From positions 18,955,502 to 19,019,439 of the forward strand of contig CM119263.1 in the NCBI GenBank assembly GCA_051294375.1: 63,938 bases of DNA, written 5' to 3'. The stretch is from Paraspadella gotoi (lineage: Eukaryota > Animalia > Chaetognatha). The translations under genes and the position numbers were made by a program. Below are positions 27,363 to 40,189 of this stretch, piece after piece. Every line of letters begins with the position of its first letter. Positions within the stretch are counted from its first letter, which is position 1. The notes under the pieces are model-generated. The model searched no databases, had not been told where the DNA came from, and saw only the letters and a list, made by a program, of their open reading frames with translations.

Positions 27363-27922
27363 CTCCCTTTGCTTTACTTTCCTTTTCTTTGCACCCACTC
27401 ACGCTTCAGCGACTCCTTCTGTCTTCAGTGGCAACTTTTGCTTTCGGTTGGCCGACTGATTTTGAACGTCGATTGCGTTTGTCTTTGATGCTTCGATGAA
27501 TTTCTATTTAGTTTTCCAGACACCGTCGAGGTTTGGAATCGAGTTGATAGTTATTAATATCGTGATAAGGCAATACTCGTCCTTGGTCCTTTAACTTTGA
27601 ATAAAGCTTTCTTTAATTCTATTTTTACTTCTTAAATTTTCCTCTCGTGAAATCTTACTGTTTAACGTTCATTTTGCGTAATTGACAGGCTAAGGAAATA
27701 TAAATATAAATAAATAATATAAATAAATTCGGGTTTTTTCTTTTTCAACAATAGATTTTCCATCAAAATCGTAAAAGAAAAGAAAGGATGAAGAAAAGAG
27801 GAGAAAAATTTATGTCCCATTTTTGCTTTCTTCTCATTTTAGATTCGCTTTATCTTCATCTACGCCGAACCTTTTTTTCTCTTCTCTCTTTTTCTATCTG
27901 TCTGTCTGTTTCTTTCTGTCTT

Positions 27923-27988
<66 letters not shown>

Positions 27989-28112
27989 CAAAAGACAATA
28001 GAGAATTTCACATTACTGACCATAAAAAAAAGAACTAGGGGGCAATGGAAATAACAACAACAAACAGGATTGTGTTATTAGTCAGAAGTCCGGCTCCCCT
28101 CTACGATTGGAG

Positions 28113-28148
<36 letters not shown>

Positions 28149-28257
28149 GAGAGAGAGAGAGAGAGAGAGAGAGCAGAATACAAGTAGGAAAATAACGATG
28201 ACGACAACAACACCAGTAATGGATCCTTGAGGCGAAGCTCTATTTTGAAAGAGAAAA

Positions 28258-28335
28258 GCCGCCAACGCCGACGCCGCCGCCGACGCCGCCTCCTACCCCG
28301 CCGACGCCGCCTCCTACGCCGCCAACGCCGCCAAT
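28258..28335. repeat. Codon-structured GC-rich low-complexity tract (PPT repeats on +, GGV repeats on -)
   Basis: + frame reads PPTPTPPPTPPPTPPTPPPTPPTPP. - frame reads GGVGGVGGGVGGVGGGVGGGVGVGG. Variation is concentrated at third codon positions. Confidence 0.5.
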
Positions 28336-28637
28336 AGCGACGGCAATCGCCAAGATGAATGCCCGTGTTCAGCCTGAATCATTGCGAGCAGAAGAGGGGA
28401 GATTCTGGTTTACGTCGTCGATGTGTTGGCGCTGATGCAATCACGAGACGAGAGAAGATTTGGCGTTAACTTTGCAGATTAATTTAATTACTTGCCCCAC
28501 TTACAAACTGACTAACGGATCGAAAAGTCTGTCAGTCTGTTGTCCATTAAATGACGCACTTTTTCGAAGGTTAAATAGTTTGGACAAATAACCAATTTCT
28601 CTATCTCTCTTTTTTTTTTTCTATCTCTCCCTCCACG

Positions 28638-28717
28638 CCTTCTATCTCTCATTCTTTCTCATTTCCCTGGCANNNNNNNNNNCCTTCTATCTCTCATTCT
28701 CTCTCATTTCCCTGGCA
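28638..28717. other. 35-bp direct duplication across a 10-N gap (contig overlap artefact)
   Basis: ccttctatctctcattct(t/c)tctcatttccctggca lies on both sides of N 28673-28682 with one mismatch. Confidence 0.9.
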
Positions 28718-30842
28718 AAGATGCGGGATTTTATCCCTTTTTCCCTGTCATGAGTCCCTTTTTTTCAATTCCCCTTTCGCGCCGACAAGGGGGCAGAGGT
28801 CAAAGGTCACGAAAAGGTGTTTGACTGTTTGCCCATAAAAGATTTATCGGATTATCGAAGCGTGGGGGGGGGAAGCTAATGAAAACAGAGACTGGGGATA
28901 AAAGGGGAAAGAAAAGGCGTGAGGTTTGGGTTCTGTGGAGTGAGAGAGGGAGAATGAGAGAAAGGGAGAGAGAGAAAGAGAGGGAGAGATAGAATTTAAA
29001 CCATTCAATGGCTACTTCGATAAAAATTGGCAAAAGGAAGCACTGGAACATGACCTCTCACATAGCGGTATTTGAAAAGATTTTTTACATTGGTTACTAA
29101 AACGAATTATTTAAAGACAAGAATATTTTTAGGGCCCGTGTTTCAGTGTACGTAATATTTACCGGTTGAAACTTTTAATATCACTTATCCTAATGATCCT
29201 TTAAAAGCTAAAGCCCCTTAAAAGTCTCAATTAAATAAAAGACCGCATGAAAATTGGTGGGAAATTAGTTCCGGTTTCTGCGGTCAGGTCATTTGTCTCC
29301 GCCGGGTTTTTAAGAGGCCTTCTTTTTCTACCTCCTCATTCCCTTTCCACACTTCCCTTTCTTTCCATATCAATCTTTCGCTTCCTTTATTTTTCTCTCT
29401 TGACTCTTTTCTCTCCTTAACTTTTTTTCTTTCTTTTTCGATTTCAGCTTCTTCTTTTTTCCGACGGACCTAGAAAGTTGCGCTTCTCGCTCCTTTCATC
29501 GATTGGTAGGGTACATTGTAGTGACTAGTAAATAACCAATTATCGATATTTTACTAAAATATTGCTTTCAATTCTACAATTTATTTTTATTTAATTAATT
29601 AAACTTTTTTTTATTTTTCTATTTCGTTACCCTCTTCCTCCTGATCCTCTTTAAAATCTCAAATCCTGTTTCTCTTCCACGACCTCTTCGTCTCACCCCT
29701 TCTCCCTTTCTCGTTGTCTTCTTCTCTCTTTCTAACTCTTACTTCCTCCTTCTCCTCCTCCTTCCTCCCTCTTTCCTCCCTCCTCCCTCCTCCCTCCTCC
29801 CTCTCCTCCCCCGACCGGATGTTGATTTTCGCTTCGTCGAGGGAATTGCGCTTTCGACGTCGTTGTTGGTGAGATCCTTCGACGAGGGTAAAGCAAAGGT
29901 TCACGCCTTCTTTCTTTCCTTTTCCTCCTTATTTTCTATCTTCCTCCAGGTTCTGAAAGGGTTTTTGTGAATGTAAAGTTTATGGGCCCGCAGGTAAAAA
30001 AATTATGCATAACATCCAGTCACGCACGAAAGTGATGAAGAATTTAATATATTTTGGAGTCGAAACATCAACGAATAAAAAGCGCTGCGCCATTATTTCG
30101 TCGGCGTCACACCGGGCGGCTGCGAAGGCTCTCCTTTTGTCTCAACTGACTGGTCTGCCCAAGTCGACGCCGCGACCGCCGCTCTGCTGCCGCTCTGCTG
30201 CCGCGCCGCTGACGCTGTCTTCTTTCGCTCGGCATCCAACGAGCATCAAAGGAGAAACTCCCGCGATAAAACGAGAAAAAACCCTCGTTCTACATTTAGG
30301 TGCCAAAACAAAAAAAACGGCTCTTTCTCTCTCTATCTTTATTTTTTTCTCGGCGTCTTTGCTTTCATATACCGTACAGTCCGTACATATTGGAACTGTC
30401 ATTGGGAATGAAAATGTAAAGCTGAATTTATTGGGCCAACAATTTACGAACGAAAAAGTTTATACCGCTTATGCAAAAGGTTTTTTTTTTTTCATTTCGC
30501 TTTCCGATATTCAGGCTCGATCGCTTCTGCGTTCATGTTCACTCCCGTTTTTTTGCGCTTGCGCTCTGTCCTCTTTTTTAAATCTGATTTCGAGAAAAAA
30601 AAATTCGTGAGAATTCGCCAGAATTTCGTGATTCTATTTTTTTCTGGTAAAAAAGCAGAAGGAGTGAGTAAGTGCGCGAGTGAAAGGGGATAGCGACTCG
30701 CATTCGGCGAGCGGTGAAGAATATCAGTGATTTATAGTGAACGTTATGATTTTTCTACTTCAACTGACTTTTTTTCCGTTCATCCTTGGCTTCACTTTCC
30801 AGCGTTTCCAATCTGTTTCAGTCTCTGCGTCCAACCTTTTTG

Positions 30843-31102
30843 GTCGGTCTGTCGGTCGGTCGATCGGTCTGTCCCACTTACGTTAAAAATACTCATAAGT
30901 TGGTTGCACATTTGTTAAGATAGAAAAAAACCTCAAACCTGCTAGCCCCGCCTTCTGATTCAGTGCAAGTCATAATTACACGGGTTAATAAAATTATTGT
31001 AGTCATGTAGTCTTGTCTTGTCACGTCATGTGATGTTACGAGAAATGCACGTGATAAGGCAGTTACTACGGCGCAACATATTTGAATTACCGTTCTTGTT
31101 TT
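30843..31102 (-). mobile_element. Inverted copy of repeat family A (DINE-1/HINE-like)
   Basis: The reverse complement reads aacaagaacggt.attc.aat.tg.tgcgccg.agt.act...cccgtgta.ttatgac.tgcactg...tcttaacaaatgtgcaaccaact...gggacagaccgatcgaccgaccgac, colinear with 7414-7690. Confidence 0.7.
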
Positions 31103-31365
31103 TTTCTTAAGAGCAACTAATAATATTTTTCTTGAATAAAATCTGACTTGTATGTCTTATAAAGGTGGAAAATATATGTTTCTTATCATCGTTTTCTTTC
31201 CTTTTTTCTTTTTTTTTCTTTTCCTTTATTTAGAATGCTTCGAAATGGAATCCTTTAGTTCATTTCAAATGCGTCTTCTTTATAGAAGATAAATAAAAAA
31301 TAAAAAATACCTTCATCCCGAATTCGAAAACCTGTCAGATCTTCATAAGAGTCATCGCAAACACC

Positions 31366-31369
<4 letters not shown>

Positions 31370-31453
<84 letters not shown>
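31370..31453. repeat. (CT)n microsatellite
   Basis: Pure CT run. Confidence 0.97.
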
Positions 31454-31457
<4 letters not shown>

Positions 31458-32052
31458 TCTTCCAACTCCTCTCCATTCTTTTCTTTCGCATAAATAAATG
31501 CAAAAAAATGCTTCACATGAAAGATTACTATAATAGATTAAAAAACAAAGTTGAAAAAAAAGGTGATTTGGCTCAATGTTTTTCTTTTCCATTTTCAATT
31601 AACTTTTCCATTTATCCTCTTAAGTTTTCAAGCTTTTCTCAGTTTTCTGAGTTAACGCTTCCCCTTTTCAGTGAAGAAAGCCTGTTTCAATAATTGTATT
31701 CATATTGAATATTCAACGATAAGTTAAGTACGCTTAATTTGCAGACCGACGGATAGCCTTTTCTCTTTTTTTTNNNNNNNNNNNNNNNNNNNNNNNNNAA
31801 AATATATTTCTTGAATCATCCGCTCATAAAGAGTTACTACTATTTACGGCAATAATTTATTTATTTATTATTTTATGTTTTTGGAAAGAGTCGGAAATGA
31901 TAGCTTTTGGCGTTGAAAACATATTTTTTCAACATTTGCCATGTTTGGTAGCCAGTACACAAAGAGAAATCTGGAAAAAATGAATAATCACTTTCGATTG
32001 TTCGAAAAATAAAAAATGCTTCTGCGCCTTATTAAGGAGGAGAGAGAGAGAA

Positions 32053-32098
<46 letters not shown>

Positions 32099-32384
32099 AG
32101 GAGAGAGAGGAGGGGAGGAGAGAGAGAGAGAGGAGAGAGACAAAACACAACCTTCACGGATGGAGAATAAGCTAAATCTTGATCTTGATAACCATCAAAT
32201 AAACAATTAGAACGAAGAATACTTACAGAAAATTGTGAAGGGAAAAACGACGACGACAAAGTGACCGACGACAACGGGGTACAACCGCCGTCCGAAAGTG
32301 TTGTTGTTTGTTCGTTTTACAGGGAGCCGCTTTGTCTAAGAAGTTTTACTTACGACCGCCAGAGGCAGAAAGGGGAAAGAGTTG

Positions 32385-33150
32385 TAGGGAATGGGACGGA
32401 GATTGGAGGAATGAAAGGGGAAAGGGGAGGGGAAAGGGAGATGGGGTGGAGGAGGAGAGAGAGAAAAAGAATGGAATAAGAGGAGGGAGGGTAAAGGGAA
32501 AGGAGAAGAATGGAAGAAAGGGAAAATGAGGAGGAAAGGGAAAAGGATAATGGAAAAGAGGGAAGGAAAGGAAGTGAGGAGAGAAAAGTAGGAGGAAGGG
32601 AAGAGTGGGAGAAAGCGAAGAGGAAGGAAGAATGAGAATGGAAAGGGAAAGGAAGAAGAAGAGGAGGAAGGGAAATGAGGAGGAGGAAAGGAATGGAAAA
32701 GTGAGAGAAGAAAGGGAAAAGGAGAAGAAAAGAGGAGGAAAGGGAAATGGGGAGGAGAAAGGAAAGGAGTAGGAAAGGGAAGGGAGCGGAAAGGAAGGAA
32801 ATGGGAGTAATGGAAAGTGAGAGGAAAGGAAAGGGGAGGAATGAAACTGAGAGGAAATGGAAAAAAATGAGGAAAGGAGAAAGGAAGAGAGGAAGGGAGG
32901 GAAAGGAAATGGGGAGGAAATCGAAAGGGGACGTAAATTAAACAGAGAGGAAATGGAAAAAAAAAGAGAAATGGAAAAGGGGAGGTAATAAAAAGTAAGG
33001 AATGGAAAAGAGAGAAAATGGAAAAGTGGAAGAAACTGAAAGGGTAGATAAGGAAAAGGGCGGCGTAGAAAAAATTAAAAGAAATTGAAAAGAGGAGGAG
33101 TGAAAAAGAGGAAAGAAAGAAAAAAGGAAGAAAGGACAAGGAAGGAATAA
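32385..33150. repeat. Long polypurine low-complexity tract (GGAAA/GAGG motifs)
   Basis: About 750 bp, nearly all G/A on the + strand. It is the source of the spurious 278-aa F/P/S ORF. Confidence 0.85.
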
Positions 33151-33689
33151 AGTAGATAGAATAATAATACATGTTTCGTTTGCGAAAAACTCGCCCAGCG
33201 GTTGCGTTCGCGCTGTTTATCGTTACAGTTCTCCTTTGAACTCTCCTTGTATTTTCTTTCTTTTTTCATTCTTTTTATTCTAGTTTTTTTCTTTCTTTCA
33301 TTCTTTCTTCTTTCTTTCTTTCTTTCTTCTTTCTTTCTTTCTTTCTTTCTTCTTCTTTCTTTCTTTCTTCTTTCTTTCTTCTTTCTTTCTTTCTTTTTTT
33401 TCATTGATTTGTTTCGACTGGTATTTTGTTTCTGCCCTTCCCTCGACCACTTTTGAAAAAAAAAACAACCGAAAAAACACAAAAAAAAAAAAAATAAAAT
33501 AAAATAGAGCAGAAGGTAAAGCGAAAAAGGCGGAAAAATAATATATGGTTCGTTTCGTTGGGAAATTGGCCATTACTGTCAAAATCGACCTGTGTGGAAC
33601 AAAGTATAATTAAAAAAAATAAAATTTCGTCAAAACGTTTGATCTTCTGTTTTGAAGAATTATATACGACAAGAAGGAAACAAAGAGAA

Positions 33690-33955
33690 GAAGAACGAAT
33701 TCAAATCAAAACCAGGACCAGATAAATAAAGAAGAACCAATCAAGAAGAGACCAATCAAATAAAAAAGAAGAATCATATCCAATCAAGAAGAAGAATTAA
33801 TCAAATGCAAAACAAGGAACGATATCAAATCAAAAAGAAGAACGCAATCAAGAATAAGAACTAATCAAATCAAAACAAGAACAAGAACAAATCAAAAAAG
33901 AGAACAAATCAAAAAAAGAAGAACAATCAAGAAGAGGAAGAAATCAAATCAAAAA
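33690..33955. repeat. Degenerate A-rich minisatellite (AATCAA..GAAGAAC units)
   Basis: aatcaa recurs every ~16-20 bp, separated by gaagaa/acaagaac. Confidence 0.75.
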
Positions 33956-34359
33956 GTTGGGGGGAAAAAAAAAGAAACAGTTCGAATTTGAACGATAAAT
34001 CTTGACTGACTTCCCCGCCCCCACACACACAAGAACCAAAAGCTGTTTACTTAAAAACATTTATTTATGTAGGAGACTCTGAGTTCCTTTGACCTTGTTA
34101 TCGTCGTTTCACTCATTTCATAGAAGTTGCATCCGTGATTACGTGAACAGATGTCGACGCAAAAGAATTTCAAAAACAATCAACGAAAATATGAATTAAC
34201 TGGTTCCTCGGGCGAGGATGAGAGTGATGAGAGAGAAGAGATGTGAGAGAGAGAGAGAGAGAGAGAGATGAGGAGGAGAGAGAGAGGGAATTCTCTTAAT
34301 CTTTGCCTTTTCTTTATCTATTTTTTTCCTTCTATAATTTCTTTCTTTCTTTCTTCTTT

Positions 34360-34391
<32 letters not shown>

Positions 34392-34395
34392 TTCT

Positions 34396-34431
<36 letters not shown>

Positions 34432-34616
34432 TTTCTTTTTTATATTTTTTCTTTCTTTCTTCTCACTTAACATTTTTCTCTATCTTCTTACTCGAGGTTG
34501 TTTCTTCTTCTCCATTTTCCTTGTTTCAAAACCTTTGCTTGCAAATGTAATATGAGCGTCCTTTCCCCAAGGAATACCAATTCCTCTCCTCTCTTCTCTC
34601 TCTCTCTCTCTTCTCT

Positions 34617-34656
<40 letters not shown>

Positions 34657-35523
34657 TCTTTCTCTGTGTATTCCGCCACAGGTTCAATTTTCGTTGCTGA
34701 TAAAAGCTTTCGTTATTAAATTTACTCTTTTTTTTATGTTATCATCTTTCGGCTTCCCTTTTCGCAAACAGGAAACGGCACGAATGTCCCCATCTCATTC
34801 CTGCGGGAGAATAGAGAGAGGAGAGAGACCGAGAGAGAGAGGAGGAGGAGAGAGGAGCAGAGAGAGAGATGAGAGAAGGAGGAGGAAAGAGAGGAGAGAG
34901 AGTGAGGAGAGAGAGGAGAGGACACTCTCCCTGTCCTCGTCTTTCGCCCCATCATCGCAGGCTTCCTTCTAATAGCGACTTTTCAACCACAAAAATGAAA
35001 CAACATTGAGAAGGAGAAAAGAAAAGGTCGGGAAGGGAAAGATGTTGGGAGGAAGAGACAGAAGAGAGGAGAAGAGGAAAGAACGAGAGGGGAGAGAGAG
35101 ATGAGGGGAGAAGAGAGGAGAGATAAAAGGAAAGAAGCCAGAAGAGAGACACAGAGGAGAGAGTCTCTTCTGTCAGCCGGGGTTCCAAGAGACTGATTGG
35201 TTGTTAGAAGGGTCATCCTTCTTTGGCCAGTTCTCTCTTCCTCTCTCTCTCTCTCTCTCTCTCTTACTTCTCTCTCTCTCTCTTCCTCTTTCTCTCTCTC
35301 TCTCTCTCTCTCTCGGCTCTCTCCTCTCTCTCTCTCTCTTTATCTTTCGTTTTCTTTAAAAATTAAACGCAGGAAAACTTGTTTTTTCTCTTCGGCTTTG
35401 GAAAGCAAGTTTTTTTTTTTGCTCGTTTTTTTCCAAACATTGGGTTTCACCGAATCTGCATAATGTTCTGGTCTCAGAAGCACATGGGTTTGGGTTTGTC
35501 CAGTTGGACTAAAAAAATTAATA

Positions 35524-35720
35524 AAGCTATTTAATTAATGAATGAATAATTTTATATTGGTTGTACCCAATTTCACGGGAAATTTCAGCTCTCTTGTATT
35601 TTGATCTAGGTGCGGACAGTACAAAAGGTATTCCCGATCTGCCTAATACCTGCCTTTTAAAGTATGGTCTTTTCATAACAAATTGAAACATCTCTGAATA
35701 TTTCACTCATGATAGAAGCA
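35524..35720 (-). repeat. Dispersed repeat family B, inverted copy with permuted block order
   Basis: The reverse complement contains the 22937-23070 block followed directly by tgaaattgggtacaaccaatataaaattattcattcatt (the 22781-22835 block). Confidence 0.7.
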
Positions 35721-38337
35721 AGTTACTCTGTAAGACGCGTTCGTGACATAAACCAAGGACTCTTCATAGCCATATAAAGCTATCATAGAAAACTCTCCTG
35801 CTCTCCTTCTCCATCTTCCTCTCTCTTGCTCAGTGCGTCATCGTCTTCTACTTTCACAGCGCTGATCCCCTAGCGGTCTTCCTCTCAAAGTCCCACAAAC
35901 CCACGTACCCATTGCTCCATTTCCGCGCTCTCAAGTTAATTTGTTCCCTTGCTCATTTCCCGTTCAAGAATTTGAGTCGCGCAAAGGACTCGAACCCAGT
36001 TTCTCCTTTCTCGTTGATCGCATGCCGTTTCTAACGCGATCTTTGCACTCTCGGCTTGTTCTTTTGTTCGCCCCCAACCCACTCATACACTCTCTTTGTA
36101 CTCTCTTTACACTCTCCTCGATATATGCCTTGATTCTACTGTTAAGACTTGTCCCCCCCCTCTTCTCTCCTTTTCTCTTCCCTTTCCTCGTTCACTCCCT
36201 TCCTCTTTTTTCTCCCATCAATCCTCTCATCAACTCCTTTCCTCTTTCTTTTTTCCCTTTTTTTTCCCCTTTTTTTCCCTTTTTCTTTTCCTCGCTTTTG
36301 TTTCAGTCTCGATCCTTTCCTCTCCGACTCCGCCCCCGCGGGAAGGACCTTCCCTTTATCTTCTTCTTCCTCCTTCTTTCCTCCTTTTCTTCCTTTACTC
36401 TTCTTCCTCTTCTTCCTCGCCCTCTCAGCAGTCATCAGAGTCCTCCTCTTCCTCTTCCTCGGCCTCTTCCTCCTCTTTCTCCTCCTTTCTCATTCGTATT
36501 CCTCCCCTGTCTCCCTCCCCTCGTTCTCGTCCTGTCATCTTCCCGGGATATCATCAGTAGAATTGCTTCTGCCTCTGGAAATCTTCCTCCTCTTTCACTT
36601 TCCTTACTTTAACCTTCTTCTTTTTTACTTTTTTCTTTCTTTCGAGCCTCTTTATCTCTCTCTCTCTCTCNNNNNNNNNNNNNNNNNNNNNNNNNNNNNN
36701 NNNNNNNNNNNNNNNNNNNNNNNNNNNNNNNNNNNNNNNNNNNNNNNNNNNNNNNNNNNNNNNNNNNNNNNNNNNNNNNNNNNNNNNNNNNNNNNNNNNN
36801 NNNNNNNNNNNNNNNNNNNNNNNNNNNNNNNNNNNNNNNNNNNNNNNNNNNNNNNNNNNNNNNNNNNNNGCATTTCTTATGTTCTTCCTACTTTTTCTCG
36901 ATTTGAATCATTTTCACTTTACATTCGCTCCTCTTACGCCCCCCTAGTCCCCCCCTGCAAACTCAGGGGCGGCGAATTAGATCCGAGCTTCGAGAATAAA
37001 AAAAAAAGTAAAAAGAAAAGTGAAAACCAATCAAAACTTCGTCACTCGTAATTCATTGCGTCCGTAGTTGCTTAGAAACGGCGGCAGTCGCGTCTCGTCG
37101 TCACTGGTATACTAATCTCCCCACGTCGCAGATGTTTCCTCTTTTTTTTTCTTCAGTTTTCCCGCAGCTCGATTGAATTAAATTTTTTTTTCTTTTACAT
37201 ATAAACCATTTTAAACATACAACGAGAAAAAAAATAATGATATTACTACTCGGATGTAACGTTTCATGGAGTGAAAAGAAATGAGAATCGAATTTGATAG
37301 AAGAACTGAGTCTCGCGGGAGAAAAGTGGCTTTTGTTCCTTTCAACTCAATCGTTTCTCTCTCTTTTGTTTCTCTCCTTCATCCTTGACACACTTACCAA
37401 CTTTCTCTCTCTCTCNNNNNNNNNNNNNNNNNNNNNNNNNNNNNNNNNNNNNNNNNNNNNNNNNNNNNNNNNNNNNNNNNNNNNNNNNNNNNNNNNNNNN
37501 NNNNNNNNNNNNNNNNNNNNNNNNNNNNNNNNNNNNNNNNNNNNNNNNNNNNNNNNNNNNNNNNNNNNNNNNNNNNNNNNNNNNNNNNNNNNNNNNNNNN
37601 NNNNNNNNNNNNNNNNNNNNNNNNNNNNNNNNNNNNNNNNNNNNNNNNNNNNNNNNNNNNNNNNNNNNNNNNNNNNNNNNNNNNNNNNNNNNNNNNNNNN
37701 NNNNNNNNNNNNNNNNNNNNNNNNNNNNNNNNNNNNNNNNNNNNNNNNNNNNNNNNNNNNNNNNNNNNNNNNNNNNNNNNNNNNNNNNNNNNNNNNNNNN
37801 NNNNNNNNNNNNNNNNNNNNNNNNNNNNNNNNNNNNNNNNNNNNNNNNNNNNNNNNNNNNNNNNNNNNNNNNNNNNNNNNNNNNNNNNNNNNNNNNNNNN
37901 NNNNNNNNNNNNNNNNNNNTCTTTGTCACTGGCATAGCTAATGTGAAGTTGCGAATTAACCTGCCGTTTAAAGAGCTTTGTAAAAGATATAAAAATATAA
38001 ATTTAAAAGCACATCAATTTTACTGTAACAAAATCTATTTTAGAAACGAGATTTTGACATTTTATGTCAATCAACGTTCACCAGAGTCATCTCTAAAACG
38101 TATCTATATTCTATAATAACAACAACAAAATTGAAACGATTTCTCGCTTTTTCTTTTTTCTGCTTTTCTTTCGGGTCTTTCACACGTTAAGTCCTTTGAA
38201 AACCGAATTATGATACTTTTCTTTGAGCATTTTTTTCTTGTTTCGCTCTGCTTTGCCCTTTTTCAGTTGCCTTTCTCCTGCTTTACTTCTATTTCCGTCG
38301 TTTTCTTTATAAAGAATCTGTTTCTTCACTTCTGCAG

Positions 38338-38786
38338 CTGGAATCGAGAACCCGGCGGTGTGTTCGGAGAAATCAACCGAAAGGAAGTCGTCGTTCGCGT
38401 GGCTGCTGCTGCTGCCGCTGCTGGTGATGATGTTGTTTAGACTTTCTTCATGGGCATCTTCTAGGAGCATAACGCCGTCAACTGACTCTGGGGTTGCGTC
38501 GACAGAGCGCGAGGCGGCGTCGGCAGAGTCGGCAGAGTCGGCCGAGGAGAATACAGAAAAGGGAAAATTTTCAAATTTGGTTCCCGCGTTTCGATCGCAG
38601 TCTCTTCCCAAATTTCCTGCGCAATCGCAGCGAAATAGCAGCACCGTCTTGGCGACGCAGCGACCCATTCGGCAGCAGCCTATCGGGTCGCAGCGACCGA
38701 GCGAGGACCGATCATTCTTTCGAGTGGGCGTTTCTTCATCCAACTGCAATGGCAACCGGACGTCCGAGCCGGACGGTCTCCAATAA
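38338..38786 (+). CDS. Putative terminal exon of a membrane protein (hydrophobic segment plus Ser/Gln-rich tail)
   Basis: Pyrimidine tract plus ttctgcag acceptor at 38337, then (phase 1) GIENPAVCSEKSTERKSSFAWLLLLPLLVMMLFRLSSW...SEPDGLQ-TAA in a GC-rich island. Upstream exons not identified. Confidence 0.5.
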
Positions 38787-39422
38787 GGCCGAACACGAAT
38801 CTCGCAGTACGCATCTTTGAGAGAAAAGACAATTTTTGATAAAAAAACAAAAAAACAAATTTAAAATTATCAGTCTTTCATTATAAACAAACCTTCGCTT
38901 CCGAAGAAACATCGATGCTCGACCCGCGCGTCCTTCAAGTTGCACGCTCCCCGGATGTGGGGGTGAGATGATGTGGTTGAACTGATGGATGACGTATGAG
39001 AGGGAAGAAGAGAGAAGAGAGGGTGGGAGAAGGCAGAAGGAACGAGGAAGAGGAGAAAGAGAAGAGACATGTTTGCCTTGACTGTCTCAAGTTTTTCTTT
39101 TTGTCGTTGAACAAAGTCGTTTCCACTTTTATTTATACTTATCTGCAAAAAGAAAATGAATGTCACAATGATACAAAATCCCGATTGCTAAGATGTACGA
39201 ATCTATATGATGGAGACCATTCTCTGAGGAACATCATCTAAAAGACTTATTGATCGCCGATGCATATTGTTCATTATAAGTAAAACTCTTCTAGTAAGGT
39301 CGTAATTAATTTGGTAGTTAATAACAGTAAACACAGTATACAGTAACAGTATATACATTGTTGGAAACTTGGAATATTAAGAATCGCATCCATCATTACG
39401 AATGTAGCAAAAGAAAGACAAG

Positions 39423-39696
39423 TCACTCCATCGTGAGAATCGGCAAAAGAAGGATGAGGTTGACGACGACGAAGAGACTCCACAGATGAGCGCAGATTAT
39501 CCCCACAAACATCCGCGCCGCCATCCACTTCGAACGGCGTCGACGGCGCCGTTCCTGCTCAAACGATCCACTTCCTGGCGACGCCGTCGCAATGCGGACC
39601 CGAGGCGCCGAGTTGACAGGCGCAGAAACGAAAAGGCTGCTCGAGGGAGTCGACAACCCTTTCCAAGCACACCCCGCCGTTGCGACAAAAATCCTC
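39423..39696 (-). CDS. EGF/mucin gene: last EGF-like domain and hydrophobic C-terminus (frameshifted in the assembly)
   Basis: After the N gap: EDFCRNGGVCLERVVDSLEQPFRFCACQLGASGPHC (EGF Cys2-6). This frame stops at 39559, but an adjacent frame gives FVGIICAHLWSLFVVVNLILLLPILTME* ending at 39423. Confidence 0.7.
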
Positions 39697-40189
39697 NNNN
39701 NNNNNNNNNNNNNNNNNNNNNNNNNNNNNNNNNNNNNNNNNNNNNNNNNNNNNNNNNNNNNNNNNNNNNNNNNNNNNNNNNNNNNNNNNNNNNNNNNNNN
39801 NNNNNNNNNNNNNNNNNNNNNNNNNNNNNNNNNNNNNNNNNNNNNNNNNNNNNNNNNNNNNNNNNNNNNNNNNNNNNNNNNNNNNNNNNNNNNNNNNNNN
39901 NNNNNNNNNNNNNNNNNNNNNNNNNNNNNNNNNNNNNNNNNNNNNNNNNNNNNNNNNNNNNNNNNNNNNNNNNNNNNNNNNNNNNNNNNNNNNNNNNNNN
40001 NNNNNNNNNNNNNNNNNNNNNNNNNNNNNNNNNNNNNNNNNNNNNNNNNNNNNNNNNNNNNNNNNNNNNNNNNNNNNNNNNNNNNNNNNNNNNNNNNNNN
40101 NNNNNNNNNNNNNNNNNNNNNNNNNNNNNNNNNNNNNNNNNNNNNNNNNNNNNNNNNNNNNNNNNNNNNNNNNNNNNNNNNNNNNNNNN

